Assembly (NCBI RefSeq): GCF_963921235.1 | Contig: NC_086100.1 | Coordinates: 200,944,001 to 201,008,000 of the forward strand | Reading direction: 5' to 3' | Length of the DNA: 64,000 nt | Source: Mobula hypostoma | Taxonomy: Eukaryota | Shown: positions 63,211 to 64,000 of the stretch, piece after piece | Numbering within the stretch: the first letter of the stretch is position 1 | How the letters are laid out: each line of letters starts with the position of its first letter | Translations under genes and position numbers: made by a program | Notes under the pieces: model-generated | What the model was told of the DNA's origin: nothing | Databases searched by the model: none | What the model saw: only the letters and a program-made list of their open reading frames with translations

Positions 63211-64000
63211 AAGAGGTTCAATTGTTGTTCAGACCAAACATCAGAATGGGGAAGAACTGTGATCTAAATGGAAGGCAGATAGGTTGGTTTGAGTATCTCA
63301 GGAGCAGCTGATCTTTTGGGATTTCCACACACAGTCTCTGGAGTTTAGAGAACGGTGCAAAAAGCAAAAAAAAAAATCCAGTGAGCAGCAGTTCTGGGGG
63401 TGAAAATGCCTTGTTAATGTCTCGAACACAACGTATTAGACCTTGAAGCAGATGGTTTAAAGCAGAAGAGCACGAACATACACACTGTGGCCACTTGATT
63501 AGGTAGAGGAGGAACCGAATAAAGTGGCCAACGAGTGCATGTTCTTAAACTAGACTTGTCTATAAATCTTTGCCTGAAGACATTTTAAATGTTGTGAGAT
63601 TCCCTGCCTTTGTCATCCCTCAGGTAGTGAGTTCCAGGTTCCACCAGCCGCCTGGGTGAAAAAGTATCAAACTGTCTTCACACTGAGGATGGAGGTGGCT
63701 GTGATAACACGGCAAGGAGTGATCGTGAGCAGGGCACAGTCCATTCACCGTTTGCTTTGTCCCCACACAGGGCAGCAATCCACACCATCTCAGCATTTTG
63801 GTGGAGTTCGCAGGAGAGCAACTAACGCTGGATCTCAGCAGGAACACGTGAGTGAATCAGGCTTGGTAAAAGAATAAGAGTCACATCATCAAAGTTCTGC
63901 TTCAGTTAAAGTTTACCCAGCTCTGCTCCCACTGACACCTCCCACTCTCCACCAAGTTAATATAATCCCAGTCTGCACCAAGTTACTATGATCCCAGTCT

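Larger units (their letters stand above)
60627..63540 (+). mobile_element. Tc1/mariner-like element remnant split by nested retroelements
   Basis: The left part (60627-60731, ACTTTATTAGGTA...) continues at 63211 into MGKNCDL...GLSISGAADLLGF (Tc1-type HTH) and ends AATAAAGTGGCCAACGAGTG. Confidence 0.65.

Noticed and set aside
63950..64000. Start of a ~26-bp tandem repeat (CACCAAGTTA.TAT.ATCCCAGTCTG)
   Set aside because: Only two units are visible before the window ends.

Overview
This is eukaryotic, repeat-dominated DNA, most likely from a cartilaginous fish (ray or shark; inferred only from the repeat families). It is not a prokaryotic locus, and I found no CRISPR array, rRNA, tRNA gene or operon. 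The one host gene I can support is on the + strand. Its first coding exon (10810-11023) encodes a signal peptide and splices in phase, across a ~37.6 kb intron, to a 113-nt exon (48637-48749) resembling the start of an ADAM metalloprotease prodomain (Y-x-x-I-F-P...KRKRS); no third exon was found in the window. The rest is mostly decayed and often nested transposons: CR1 LINEs (one apparently full length), Rex1/Babar-like, RTE, Nimb/I-like and R4/Dong-like LINE fragments, Penelope-like elements (PLEs) with minimal hammerhead ribozyme motifs, a hAT element with intact ends and TSD, a split Tc1 element, a Gypsy provirus, two solo LTRs and tRNA-type SINEs. There are also three tandem arrays (95, 25 and 13 bp units). 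I do not see a clearly new biological system. The best leads are the hammerhead-bearing PLEs and their short palindromic derivatives, the ADAM-like gene, a LINE with a tRNA-SINE-like 5' head, and two four-level transposon nests. Repeat boundaries without a TSD are approximate, and family names come from remembered motifs, not database searches.
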